Origin: an uncultured Hyphomonadaceae bacterium | GTDB lineage: Bacteria; Pseudomonadota; Alphaproteobacteria; Caulobacterales; Hyphomonadaceae | Reading direction: 5' to 3' | DNA length: 27,457 nucleotides | Assembly: GCA_964467505.1 (NCBI GenBank) | Contig: CAYXQV010000005.1 | Coordinates: 1-27,457, forward strand | Part shown: positions 1 to 8,356 of the stretch, one piece after another | How positions within the stretch are numbered: the first letter of the stretch is position 1 | Layout of the letters: every line of letters starts with the position of its first letter | Made by a program: the position numbers and the translations under genes | Notes under the pieces: generated by a model | Database searches by the model: none | Seen by the model: only the letters and a program-made list of their open reading frames with translations | Told to the model about the DNA's origin: nothing

Positions 1-580
1 GGGCATCGGCGTTCACAGGTAACTCGCGACCAAGCTCGGCCTCGGCGCGCACCAGCAGGGCCTCCAGAGCCTCATCCTCCAGCCGGCGAAGCGTGAAAAC
101 CGAACAGCGCGAAAGCAGCGCCCCATTGATCTCGAAGCTCGGATTTTCCGTCGTCGCGCCGACCAGTGTCACCGTCCCGGCCTCGACATAGGGCAGGAAG
201 CCGTCCTGCTGAGCGCGGTTGAAGCGGTGGATCTCGTCAACGAAAAGCAGCGTGCCCTGTCCGGTCGCGCGCCGCGCCTGCGCCGCATCGAAGGCGGCGC
301 GAAGGTCTTTCACGCCGGAGAAGACCGCGCTGATCGAGGTGAAATGCAGGTCCGTCTCGTCGGCCAGAAGCCGGGCAATGGTCGTCTTGCCAACACCGGG
401 CGGACCCCAGAGGATTAGCGAAGTCAGCCCGCCCGCCACCAGCATCCGGCTAAGTGCGCCTTTTGGACCAAGCAGATGGTCCTGGGCGACAACATCGCCA
501 AGTGTTTGCGGACGCAGCCGGTCTGCCAGCGGGCGCGGCGCACTGTCGGCAAGGCCGGCGGATGCAAACAGGTCGGTCAT
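1..580 (-). CDS. rarA: Replication-associated recombination protein A (AAA+ ATPase); N-terminal part only, runs off the window start
   Basis: Not in the ORF track; translated by hand from ATG at 580: MTDLFASAGLADSAPRPLADRLRPQTLGDVVAQDHLL..., Walker A LILWGPPGVGKTT, Walker B LLFVDEIHRFNRAQQD, GATTENPSF, all RarA/MgsA signatures. Confidence 0.95.
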   Translation of the reverse strand, partial: MTDLFASAGLADSAPRPLADRLRPQTLGDVVAQDHLLGPKGALSRMLVAGGLTSLILWGPPGVGKTTIARLLADETDLHFTSISAVFSGVKDLRAAFDAAQARRATGQGTLLFVDEIHRFNRAQQDGFLPYVEAGTVTLVGATTENPSFEINGALLSRCSVFTLRRLEDEALEALLVRAEAELGRELPVNADA

Positions 581-640
581 GTCAGTCACGAGGATAGGCC
601 AGCCGGGCAGCGGTTGAAACCGCCCTTGTCCAGCCGCCCG

Positions 641-1597
641 TCACGACGAGCACGAGCCCCCGCCGAGCACGCAGAAACTCGCGCACCATGGGTGATTGAG
701 CTTTACCGGCTCTCGCGTTGCCTCGGCCAGTGTCGTGCCAAGCTCGAATTCGCGCTCATAGGCCAGCAATGTGCAGGCCGTCAGCGTGGCCCGGCCCGCG
801 CCCTTGCGGCGAACGACCATGCGCTGGCTGGCGCACATGATATCGGCCGGATCCTTGCCCAGTATCTGCCAGCAGGCCGTGGTGATTTCCGGGGGATCAT
901 CACCCGGGATCATTTCCGGGAACAGCACGAGTTGCCGGTCATCGGCGGGATCAATGTCAAGACCCGTCTGAGCGATGAGTTCGCCATAGCCCCGGCGGGC
1001 CGTGGCATCATCTTCCGCCATGGCCTGGCGGCCGGCAAGGCTGACCGCTAACCCGTTTGCGCCCAGCCAGCTGAGCCCCTTGCACGCAATGTCGAAACTG
1101 CCCGCCCCGCGCTCACGATCGTGAAGCTCCCGGGTGAAATGGTCCAGCGACACGCGCAGCACCATCTGCCCCCCGAAGCGCTGGTGCAGCGCCAGCAGCC
1201 CGTCGCGAATATGCGGGCGCATCATCGGGCGCATCGCATTGGTCAGCACCAGAAGGCTGTGCCCGCGCTCCATGCAGGTGCGCATGATGCCCAGGATATC
1301 GGGACACATGAAGGGCTCACCGCCGGTGATGCCAACCTCGACCGGCCCGTGACCCATCTCATCGATCTCGTCGAGAAACGGCGTCACATCCGACAGGGCG
1401 AGATAGACCAGCCGGTCGTTTGTCGGCGAGCTCTCGATATAGCAATTGACGCATTCCAGATTGCACAGCGTGCCGGTGTTCAGCCAGAGCGTCTTCAGGC
1501 CTCGCCAGTCGACGCTGGCGCGCGGCTCACCAGTCGCAGTCAGGTCGGGGTGGCGAAACTTGTCAAGGGGAAAATCAATACCGTCCATGGAGTCCAT
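641..1597 (-). CDS. Radical SAM protein of unknown function with Cys-rich C-terminus
   Basis: CxxxCxxC motif (LCNLECVNCYIES), ITGGEPF, LTN and VSLD motifs. Start placed at ATG 1597 (1588 also possible) rather than the ORF-track start 1651. Confidence 0.85.
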   Translation of the reverse strand: MDSMDGIDFPLDKFRHPDLTATGEPRASVDWRGLKTLWLNTGTLCNLECVNCYIESSPTNDRLVYLALSDVTPFLDEIDEMGHGPVEVGITGGEPFMCPDILGIMRTCMERGHSLLVLTNAMRPMMRPHIRDGLLALHQRFGGQMVLRVSLDHFTRELHDRERGAGSFDIACKGLSWLGANGLAVSLAGRQAMAEDDATARRGYGELIAQTGLDIDPADDRQLVLFPEMIPGDDPPEITTACWQILGKDPADIMCASQRMVVRRKGAGRATLTACTLLAYEREFELGTTLAEATREPVKLNHPWCASFCVLGGGSCSS

Positions 1598-1678
1598 ACT
1601 AAACAGCCCGGCGCGCCATTGAAGCCCCCAAAACCGTTTTGGCGCATTCACGCTTTCGTGGGTGCCGGCCAGGATGCG

Positions 1679-2509
1679 TCAGCTTTCGTCCAGTTCGTCG
1701 GGGCGCCGGAAGGCCTTAGACTTGCGCAAACGGTCGATCAATTGGGGATGGAGCTGCTCATTGCCGGCAACGATATTGCCTGTCGCCAGCAGGTTGCCGC
1801 CATCGATCTCGTCGACAAAGCCACCGGCCTCTCGCACCAGGACCGTGCCTGCCGCGATATCCCACGCTTTCAGGCCCCGCTCCCAGAAACCATCGAATCG
1901 CCCCGCCGCGACATAGGCCAGGTCGAGCGCCGCCGATCCGTAGCGACGAATCCCGGCGGTGACCGGCGTCATGGCGGCAAGCTCGCCCCAGAAGGCTTCG
2001 TGCGCCTCCTCCGACTTGCCATGCCAGGGTGTGCCGGTCGCAATCACGGCCTCACGCAGCTTGCGACGGGCCGCAACGACCAGCTTGCGCTGGTCCAGCC
2101 AGGCGCCCCGGCCCCGTTCGGCCCAGAAAATCTCGTTCTTTGCCACGTCATAGACGACACCGCTGAACAGCTCGCCCTCGCGCTCCAGCGCGATGGAGAC
2201 CGCATAATGGGGCTGGCCGTGCAGGAAGTTCAGCGTGCCGTCGAGCGGGTCGACAATGAACCGGTTGGTCTTGTCGGTGCCCTCGACGACCCCGCGCTCT
2301 TCCATCAGGAAGCCATAACCCGGACGTGCCCTGGACAGGGCCGCATAGATGATGTCCTCGGCGCGGTGGTCGGCATTGGAGACGAAATCGGCCGGCCCCT
2401 TGCGCGACACCTGCAGATTCTCGACTTCCCCGAAATCACGGGCAAGCTGGCGACCGGCATCACGCGCGGCCTTGATCATGACGGAACCAACGGCGGAGGG
2501 TTTGGACAT
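1679..2509 (-). CDS. suhB: Inositol monophosphatase family protein
   Basis: DFVSNAD, GFLMEE, IVDPLDGTLNF, RRYGSAALDLAYVAAGRFDGFWE, WDIAAG motifs. Confidence 0.95.
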   Translation of the reverse strand: MSKPSAVGSVMIKAARDAGRQLARDFGEVENLQVSRKGPADFVSNADHRAEDIIYAALSRARPGYGFLMEERGVVEGTDKTNRFIVDPLDGTLNFLHGQPHYAVSIALEREGELFSGVVYDVAKNEIFWAERGRGAWLDQRKLVVAARRKLREAVIATGTPWHGKSEEAHEAFWGELAAMTPVTAGIRRYGSAALDLAYVAAGRFDGFWERGLKAWDIAAGTVLVREAGGFVDEIDGGNLLATGNIVAGNEQLHPQLIDRLRKSKAFRRPDELDES

Positions 2510-2556
2510 TGAATGTCCCCTGAAATGAATTTTCCTGAAATCAAGAGGCCTGCCGG

Positions 2557-2676
2557 TCAGTCGCGGCTGGACCTCGGCGAGGGGTCAAGAACGGATACAA
2601 GCCACATGACGCCCCACATCCCGGCAGCCAGAATGGGCGCCATGAGAACAGCCTGTGCCAGAGGATCAAGTGTCAT
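2557..2676 (-). CDS. Tiny (39 aa) predicted single-pass membrane protein
   Basis: MTLDPLAQAVLMAPILAAGMWGVMWLVSVLDPSPRSSRD; ATG overlaps the 3' end of the upstream small ORF; purine-rich AGGACGAAGAGAA upstream. Confidence 0.5.
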   Translation of the reverse strand: MTLDPLAQAVLMAPILAAGMWGVMWLVSVLDPSPRSSRD

Positions 2677-2905
2677 TTCTCTTCGTCCTGTCTTCAACAA
2701 GTATATAGTGCGCAACGCCATGAAACGCGAGTCCGGCGAAGAATGCCCCGATCGCTGAAATCCACGAAATGTCGACCTGGTTGAGGAACGGCCCGACGAG
2801 CCCGCCACCAACAAAAAGTTTCGCAACTGTATTCCAGAGATCTGCGGCGAGTTTCCTGCGCTCCGGATTGAGGCGATGTCGGAAATCACCGTCACGCCAT
2901 GCCAT
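2666..2905 (-). CDS. Small (79 aa) predicted two-helix membrane protein
   Basis: MAWRDGDFRHRLNPERRKLAADLWNTVAKLFVGGGLVGPFLNQVDISWISAIGAFFAGLAFHGVAHYILVEDRTKRNDT; ATG 5 nt after the efp stop; two hydrophobic segments. Confidence 0.6.
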   Translation of the reverse strand: MAWRDGDFRHRLNPERRKLAADLWNTVAKLFVGGGLVGPFLNQVDISWISAIGAFFAGLAFHGVAHYILVEDRTKRNDT

Positions 2906-2909
2906 TGGC

Positions 2910-3476
2910 TCAGTCAGCCCGGCGCAGATAGGTGCTGTCGGCGGTCTGCACCACGATCCGCTCGCCGGTTCCCACGAAAGGCGGCACCAGTATCCGCAAG
3001 CCATTGTCGCAAGTCGCCGGCTTGAAGGAATTGGCCGCTGTCTGGCCTTTGACGACAGGTTCGGTTTCTTCCACCGTCAGGATGACCTGTTCAGGCAGCG
3101 AGACCCCGATCGGAGTGGTTTCGTAATATTCGATCTCCACGACCATGCCATCCTGCAGATAGGCGCCCTGATCGCCGAGAAAAACATGCTGCAGCTCGAT
3201 CTGCTCGAAATTTTCCTGATCCATGAAGGCGTAGGCTTCGCCGGTATCATAGAGGAACTGAAATTCCTTCTGCTCGAGGCGCACCTTCTCAACCGTTTCG
3301 CTGGAACGGAAACGCTCATTGAGCTTCGATCCATTGAACAGGTTGCGCAGTTCGACCTGGTTGAACGCGCCGCCCTTGCCCGGCTTGACCGAATTGGTCT
3401 TCATCGCGCGCCAGACCTCGCCCTTGTGCTCGATCACATTGCCGGGCTTGATTTCGTTGCCATTGATCTTGGCCAT
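2910..3476 (-). CDS. efp: Elongation factor P
   Basis: VKPGKGGAF tip loop, 188 aa, C-terminal KPATCDNG...VPPFV...GERI motif. Confidence 0.97.
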   Translation of the reverse strand: MAKINGNEIKPGNVIEHKGEVWRAMKTNSVKPGKGGAFNQVELRNLFNGSKLNERFRSSETVEKVRLEQKEFQFLYDTGEAYAFMDQENFEQIELQHVFLGDQGAYLQDGMVVEIEYYETTPIGVSLPEQVILTVEETEPVVKGQTAANSFKPATCDNGLRILVPPFVGTGERIVVQTADSTYLRRAD

Positions 3477-3601
3477 GTCATTGTCCTCATCTCAGTCGCG
3501 GCCAGAATTTCACGCATGCACGTGCTTTCGAGGCCGGATATGCAGCAATTGCCGAGCAGTTATCCTGTTTATGCGCCGGCGACCAGTGGTCGGCTGATCG
3601 C

Positions 3602-4267
3602 TCAGGGCTGGCCCGCCACGTCCGGTGCATCGAACACCGCATTGAACGCGGCGACCGCTGCAGCCGGCCCGCCGGAATGGTCCCAGACGCCTGAACTCAC
3701 GGCGAGGAAGTCTGCGCCCGCGCGCACCAGCGCCGGCGCGTGGTCAACCGTGATGCCGCCGATCGCCACACAGGGCAGCTCCATTGTCTCCTGCCACCAG
3801 GTGAGGATATCCGGGTCTGCCGGGGTTGCATCCGTCTTGGTCGTGGTCGGGTGGAAACTTCCGAACGCGACATAGTCGGCGCCATCCTCCCCGGCGAGCA
3901 TCGCATGGTGGCGGCTGGCCTTGCAGGTGGCCCCGACAATCGCGTCAGGCCCCAGCATCGCGCGCGCTTCGCCCACCGGCATGTCATCAAGGCCGACATG
4001 GACCCCGTCGGCGCCGAGTTCCAGCGCCAGTTGCGGGCTGTCATTGATAATCACCGCCACATCGCGCGCCTGTACCGGCGCCATGATCGCTAAGGCGAGC
4101 GCGCGCGTCGCAGCGTCATCGACCTGCTCGCCCGCCTTCAGCCGGATCTGCAGGCAGGCCACGTCGCCCGCGTCAAGCGCGGCGAAAAGCGCGCCGGAAA
4201 ACGCGTCAATGTCCGCAATGGCAGGAGGTGTAATGAGATACAGCCGGGTGCGCGGACGGTCTTTCAT
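3602..4267 (-). CDS. thiE: Thiamine phosphate synthase
   Basis: [52 protein letters not shown]. Confidence 0.9.
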   Translation of the reverse strand: MKDRPRTRLYLITPPAIADIDAFSGALFAALDAGDVACLQIRLKAGEQVDDAATRALALAIMAPVQARDVAVIINDSPQLALELGADGVHVGLDDMPVGEARAMLGPDAIVGATCKASRHHAMLAGEDGADYVAFGSFHPTTTKTDATPADPDILTWWQETMELPCVAIGGITVDHAPALVRAGADFLAVSSGVWDHSGGPAAAVAAFNAVFDAPDVAGQP

Positions 4268-4273
4268 CCGTGA

Positions 4274-5176
4274 TCAGCAGGCCTTCGAGGCGTCGCAGAT
4301 CTTGTCGATGGCTTCGGCCAGCGCCGCGTTGAATTCGGCATCGCTTTGCCGGGCTGAAAGGCCTTGCGTCAATGCGCGCGAAAAGCTGGCGATCATTGCG
4401 TCATTCTGCGCCAGTTTCTCGCAGGCTTCGTCGCGCGTATAGCCGCCCGAAAGCGCCACGACGCGCATCACACGCGGATGGTCGATCAGCGTTTTGTACT
4501 GGTTTGCCCGGGTCGGCAGGCTCAGCTTCAGCATCACCTGCTGGTGCGCCGGCACACTGTCGAGCCCCCTGGAGATCTCGGCAAGAAGCAGGTCCTCTGC
4601 CTCGGCCTTGTCCGGGATCGAAATATTCACTTCCGGCTCGAGAATCGGCACCAGCCCGTGCGCGAGAATCTGGTGACCGACCTCAAATTGCTGGGCGACA
4701 TTCGCGGCGATGCCCTTCGCATTTGCCGCAAGGATGTTCGAGCGCATCTTGGTGCCAAAAATCCCCTTGGCCACCGCGCGCTTACACAGTTCATCGAGCT
4801 GCGCCATCGGCTTCATCAACTGGGCACCGTCCTGCTCATCGGCCAGGCCCTTGTCGACCTTCAGGAAGGGAACGACGCTGCATTCCTTCCAGAGATATTG
4901 CGCTGTCGGCACGCCGTCGATGTCGCCATCCATGGTCCGCTCGAACAGGATCGCACCGATCACCTTGTCGCCTGTAAAGGCGGGCGACCGGATGATGCGC
5001 GCACGCATTTCGTGAATCAGGCCGAACATCTCTTCGTCATTGGCCCAGCTGCCCTCCTCGATGCCATAAAGGCGCAGCGCCTTCGGCGTCGAACCACCCG
5101 ACTGGTCGAGCGCCGCTATGAAGCCATCCTTGTGCGCCATCTGCTCGGCCATTGTCGTCTTCATCGTGTCGATCAT
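4274..5176 (-). CDS. fba: Class I fructose-bisphosphate aldolase
   Basis: GFIAALDQSGGSTPKAL, ILFE, PFLKVDKG, GTKMRS, PILEPEV, VVALSGGY, ASFSRAL; start at ATG 5176 with upstream GGGGATATCAGG. Confidence 0.93.
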   Translation of the reverse strand: MIDTMKTTMAEQMAHKDGFIAALDQSGGSTPKALRLYGIEEGSWANDEEMFGLIHEMRARIIRSPAFTGDKVIGAILFERTMDGDIDGVPTAQYLWKECSVVPFLKVDKGLADEQDGAQLMKPMAQLDELCKRAVAKGIFGTKMRSNILAANAKGIAANVAQQFEVGHQILAHGLVPILEPEVNISIPDKAEAEDLLLAEISRGLDSVPAHQQVMLKLSLPTRANQYKTLIDHPRVMRVVALSGGYTRDEACEKLAQNDAMIASFSRALTQGLSARQSDAEFNAALAEAIDKICDASKAC

Positions 5177-5210
5177 CCTGATATCCCCGAAAGTGAAAGT
5201 CCTGCCCGTC

Positions 5211-5864
5211 TCAGCCCTTGCCGGGCCGGACGCCCTGATAGATCTCTGACACAGCAAGATCGGTGCCGAGCGCGGGAAGCGCCAGCGCCTCGCCCGGCCG
5301 GGTCAGAACGCTCGCCGCGTCGCTCCAGATGCCGCGCGCACCGGGCGAAAACGCCTCGACGCGACACTCGTCAGGATAGACGAGGATTATCTGCTGCAGG
5401 CTGGCGAGCGATTTGTAGCGGTTGAACTTGATGCCGCGATCGCGCGACAGTGTTGGAGGGGAGAGCACTTCGAAGACAATGCAGGGATCGTTGATGCTGC
5501 GCTCAAGATCGCTGGTCACGGGGCCCCAGCGCACAAGCACGTCCGGATCCATGAAATTCACGCTGCCATCGGGATTGATGGCGCGAACGAAGAAATCCCG
5601 AAGCACTTCGCAGTCGTTCTTTTGAGCAAGAGGCGTCACGGCGGCTGCAATATTTTGCGACAGTCGGGCATGGCGAAGGGTGGCCCCGCCCATGGCCTGC
5701 GGGCGAGCGGGCAGTTCAGGATCGGCCGGGGTCTCACGCTTGATGAGTTCCGGGTATCCGTCGATCAGTTCCCATTTCTCACATGGTCGCGCGTCAATGA
5801 AGGCGAAAAATTCCTCCGCGCTCATCGCGCTTGTGGGGATTTCAGCGGGCACAGACATCAGCAA
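5211..5864 (-). CDS. Uma2 (DUF820) family PD-(D/E)XK putative endonuclease
   Basis: MSAEEFF...WELIDG...M...H, PDVLV, PCIVFEVLSP, D-x3-K-x3-Y pattern. Confidence 0.85.
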   Translation of the reverse strand: MLMSVPAEIPTSAMSAEEFFAFIDARPCEKWELIDGYPELIKRETPADPELPARPQAMGGATLRHARLSQNIAAAVTPLAQKNDCEVLRDFFVRAINPDGSVNFMDPDVLVRWGPVTSDLERSINDPCIVFEVLSPPTLSRDRGIKFNRYKSLASLQQIILVYPDECRVEAFSPGARGIWSDAASVLTRPGEALALPALGTDLAVSEIYQGVRPGKG

Positions 5865-5885
5865 AACCTTATCATATGTCGCCGG

Positions 5886-7082
5886 TCAGGTCTTGAGGGC
5901 TTCAACGCCGGGCAGGGGCTTGCCCTCCATCCATTCAAGGAAGGCACCGCCAGCCGTCGAGACGAAGGTGAAATCGCCCGCCACGCCGGCATGGTTGAGG
6001 GCTGCAACCGTGTCTCCGCCGCCCGCCACAGCGATGAGCTTGCCGACCTTTGCCCGCGCGCCAGCCGCCTGCGCCGCCGCCACGGTCGCTGTGTCGAAGG
6101 GGGCGATCTCGAACGCACCCAGCGGGCCGTTCCAGACCAGCGTTTTCGCCGCATCCATGGCCGCCGCCAGGATCGCCACGCTCTGCTCGCCGGCATCAAG
6201 GATCATGTCATCCTCGCCGACCTCATCGAGCCTGCAGGTGCGGCTGCGCGCATTTGCGGCAAATTCCTGCGCAACCACCACATCGCGCGGCAGGATGATA
6301 TCGCAGCCCGCAGCCTTAGCATTGGCTTCGATCTGCCGGGCGGTATCGGCCAGGTCATGCTCGCAAAGCGACTTGCCGACACTGTGTCCGCGCGCAGCCA
6401 GGAAGGTGTTGGCCATGCCGCCGCCGATCGCCAGGGCGTCCACTTTTGAGACAAGGTTTTTCAGCAGGTCGATCTTGGAGGAGACTTTTGCCCCGCCAAC
6501 CACCGCCAGCACCGGACGCTGAGGCTTGCCAAGCGCGGCCTGCAGGGCGAGGAGCTCCGCTTCCATCTGCTTGCCCGCATAGGCCGGCAGACGCTCTGCG
6601 AGACCGACGGTCGAGACATGCGCGCGATGGGCTGCAGAAAAGGCATCATTCACGAAGATATCGCCGAGCTTTGCCATCTCGTCTGCCAGCGCGGGATCAT
6701 TGGCCTCCTCGCCGGCATGGAATCGCGTGTTTTCCAGAAGGATCACGCCGGCGGGCAGCAGGTCGGCGATTGCCCCGGCTGTCGCCGCGCCGACGCAGTC
6801 GCCGACAAAGCTGACCGGGCTGCCAAGCGCTTCGGAAAAGGCCATGGCCACCGGCGCAAGGCTCATATCGGGGTTGCGCTCACCTTTCGGGCGACCGAAA
6901 TGCGCCAGCAGGGCGACTTTCGCTCCCGCCGTGCGCAGGCTCTGCACGGTTTCAACCGCCGCTGTCAGCCGGGTCGCGTCGCTTACCCGTCCGCCCTCCA
7001 TCGGCACATTGAAATCGACACGGACCAGCGCGGTCTTGCCCGTCAGGTCGCCGGCATCCTCGATGCGCCTGAAATCACTCAT
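5886..7082 (-). CDS. pgk: Phosphoglycerate kinase
   Basis: [71 protein letters not shown]. Confidence 0.98.
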   Translation of the reverse strand: MSDFRRIEDAGDLTGKTALVRVDFNVPMEGGRVSDATRLTAAVETVQSLRTAGAKVALLAHFGRPKGERNPDMSLAPVAMAFSEALGSPVSFVGDCVGAATAGAIADLLPAGVILLENTRFHAGEEANDPALADEMAKLGDIFVNDAFSAAHRAHVSTVGLAERLPAYAGKQMEAELLALQAALGKPQRPVLAVVGGAKVSSKIDLLKNLVSKVDALAIGGGMANTFLAARGHSVGKSLCEHDLADTARQIEANAKAAGCDIILPRDVVVAQEFAANARSRTCRLDEVGEDDMILDAGEQSVAILAAAMDAAKTLVWNGPLGAFEIAPFDTATVAAAQAAGARAKVGKLIAVAGGGDTVAALNHAGVAGDFTFVSTAGGAFLEWMEGKPLPGVEALKT

Positions 7083-7085
7083 TTC

Positions 7086-7715
7086 TTACTCCGGTTTGCG
7101 CCAGACCGCGCGCAGCAGGGCTGCCGGGCCTGTATGATAGGGTCCTTCGGTGAGGTGTTCGACGCCGGTCCAGAAGGCCAGCGTCTCTGCGCTGGCAAAG
7201 TCGGCACGGATCTCATCGGGCGCAAAAAGCATCGACTCGACGGGTGGACCACCAGAATTGTGACTTTGCTGAAAAGCGCGCTGGTGTTTCGTGAAGCCTT
7301 CCAGAAAGACGTGCCCGCCCGGCTTCAGTGCACCGAGCATCCTTGCATGCAGGCCGGCGCGACCGGCTTCAGGCACGTGCAGGAACATCGCCGCGACGAT
7401 ATCGAACCCGCCATCTGGCCAGCTCCATTCGGCAAGGTCAGCCTCCACGCAGGTGATCGACACGCCGCGGGCCTGCGCCAGCGCCCTCGCTTTATCAAGG
7501 CCGACCGGCGAGATGTCGACAGCCGTCACGTCCAGCCCGCACTGGGCCAGGAAAACCGCATCGCGCCCTTCCCCTGCCGCCGGCACAAGGGCGCGCAGGC
7601 CGGCGCGCAGCTTGTCGGCAAATCCCATCAGCAGCCGGCTTGCACGCTCGCCATAGGCAAAGCCGTCCTCGCCAAAACGGGCATTCCAGAATTCGGCCGG
7701 GATCGGCTGGCTCAT
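7086..7715 (-). CDS. Class I SAM-dependent methyltransferase
   Basis: FWNARF...YG N-terminus, LVPAAGEGRDAVFLA motif I, VTAVDIS, EADL, FDIV, LKPGG. Confidence 0.85.
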   Translation of the reverse strand: MSQPIPAEFWNARFGEDGFAYGERASRLLMGFADKLRAGLRALVPAAGEGRDAVFLAQCGLDVTAVDISPVGLDKARALAQARGVSITCVEADLAEWSWPDGGFDIVAAMFLHVPEAGRAGLHARMLGALKPGGHVFLEGFTKHQRAFQQSHNSGGPPVESMLFAPDEIRADFASAETLAFWTGVEHLTEGPYHTGPAALLRAVWRKPE

Positions 7716-7739
7716 GATTTCCTCGCTCCCGCCCTGGCC

Positions 7740-8324
7740 TCAGCGCGTTTTCAACATTGACAGCGACACGCTGATATCAGGAAAGGCGAGCGGGGAGATT
7801 TCGGTGCCGGCATCGACCACCCGCTCGCTGGAATAGCCGCGCGCATCGGGTTCGCGCAGCACGGTGATCTCGCCAGCATCAAGATCGATCAGCCACAGTT
7901 CCGGCACGCCGGCCTCGGCATAGACAGGCAGCTTGAGCAGGCGGTCGCGATGGTGGCTGGAGCTCATGATTTCGGCAACCAGGAAGATGTCCCCGCCCGA
8001 CATCTGATTGGTGCCGACATCGGCGCGGTAGATCACAAGGTCGGGACGCAGCTCGGTGTCTTCCGACAGGAAAATGCTGCCCTCGCTGTTGACCCGGCAG
8101 GGGCTTGGATAACCCAGCTTGGCGCTGAACAGCTGGCTGAGCGCCCCTCGCACATCCATGTCCGCATAGCCTTCGCTCGGCATGTCGAACCACTCCCCCC
8201 GAATGAGTTCCCAACGGTCATCGGGATCGATCAGCCCCTGCTCCACCATGCGGGCCATGTCCGCATTGGTGAAATAGCGCTGGCCATCCTCGCGCTGGTG
8301 GTAGGGAAGCAGGTTTCCGTCCAT
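7740..8324 (-). CDS. Second Uma2 (DUF820) family putative endonuclease
   Basis: FT...M...G...RWELIRGEWFDM, LRPDLVIY, LVAEIMSSS, D-x3-K-x3-YAEAGVPELWLIDL. Start is ATG 8324 or 8339; the longer ORF overlapping gap is unlikely. Confidence 0.88.
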   Translation of the reverse strand: MDGNLLPYHQREDGQRYFTNADMARMVEQGLIDPDDRWELIRGEWFDMPSEGYADMDVRGALSQLFSAKLGYPSPCRVNSEGSIFLSEDTELRPDLVIYRADVGTNQMSGGDIFLVAEIMSSSHHRDRLLKLPVYAEAGVPELWLIDLDAGEITVLREPDARGYSSERVVDAGTEISPLAFPDISVSLSMLKTR

Positions 8325-8356
8325 TCCCAACCCTAACATGCCTGTCGCGCCTGCTG

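Noticed and set aside
1121-2512. Long antisense ORFs (also 4364-5425, 6618-7760, 10034-10900, 14300-15508, 17309-18412, 25635-26711)
   Set aside because: Each lies opposite a clearly identifiable gene and has no recognisable motifs; typical shadow ORFs of GC-rich coding DNA
3580-3592. Palindrome CGACCAGTGGTCG after thiE as a terminator
   Set aside because: Short stem with no U-tract on the coding strand; insufficient support
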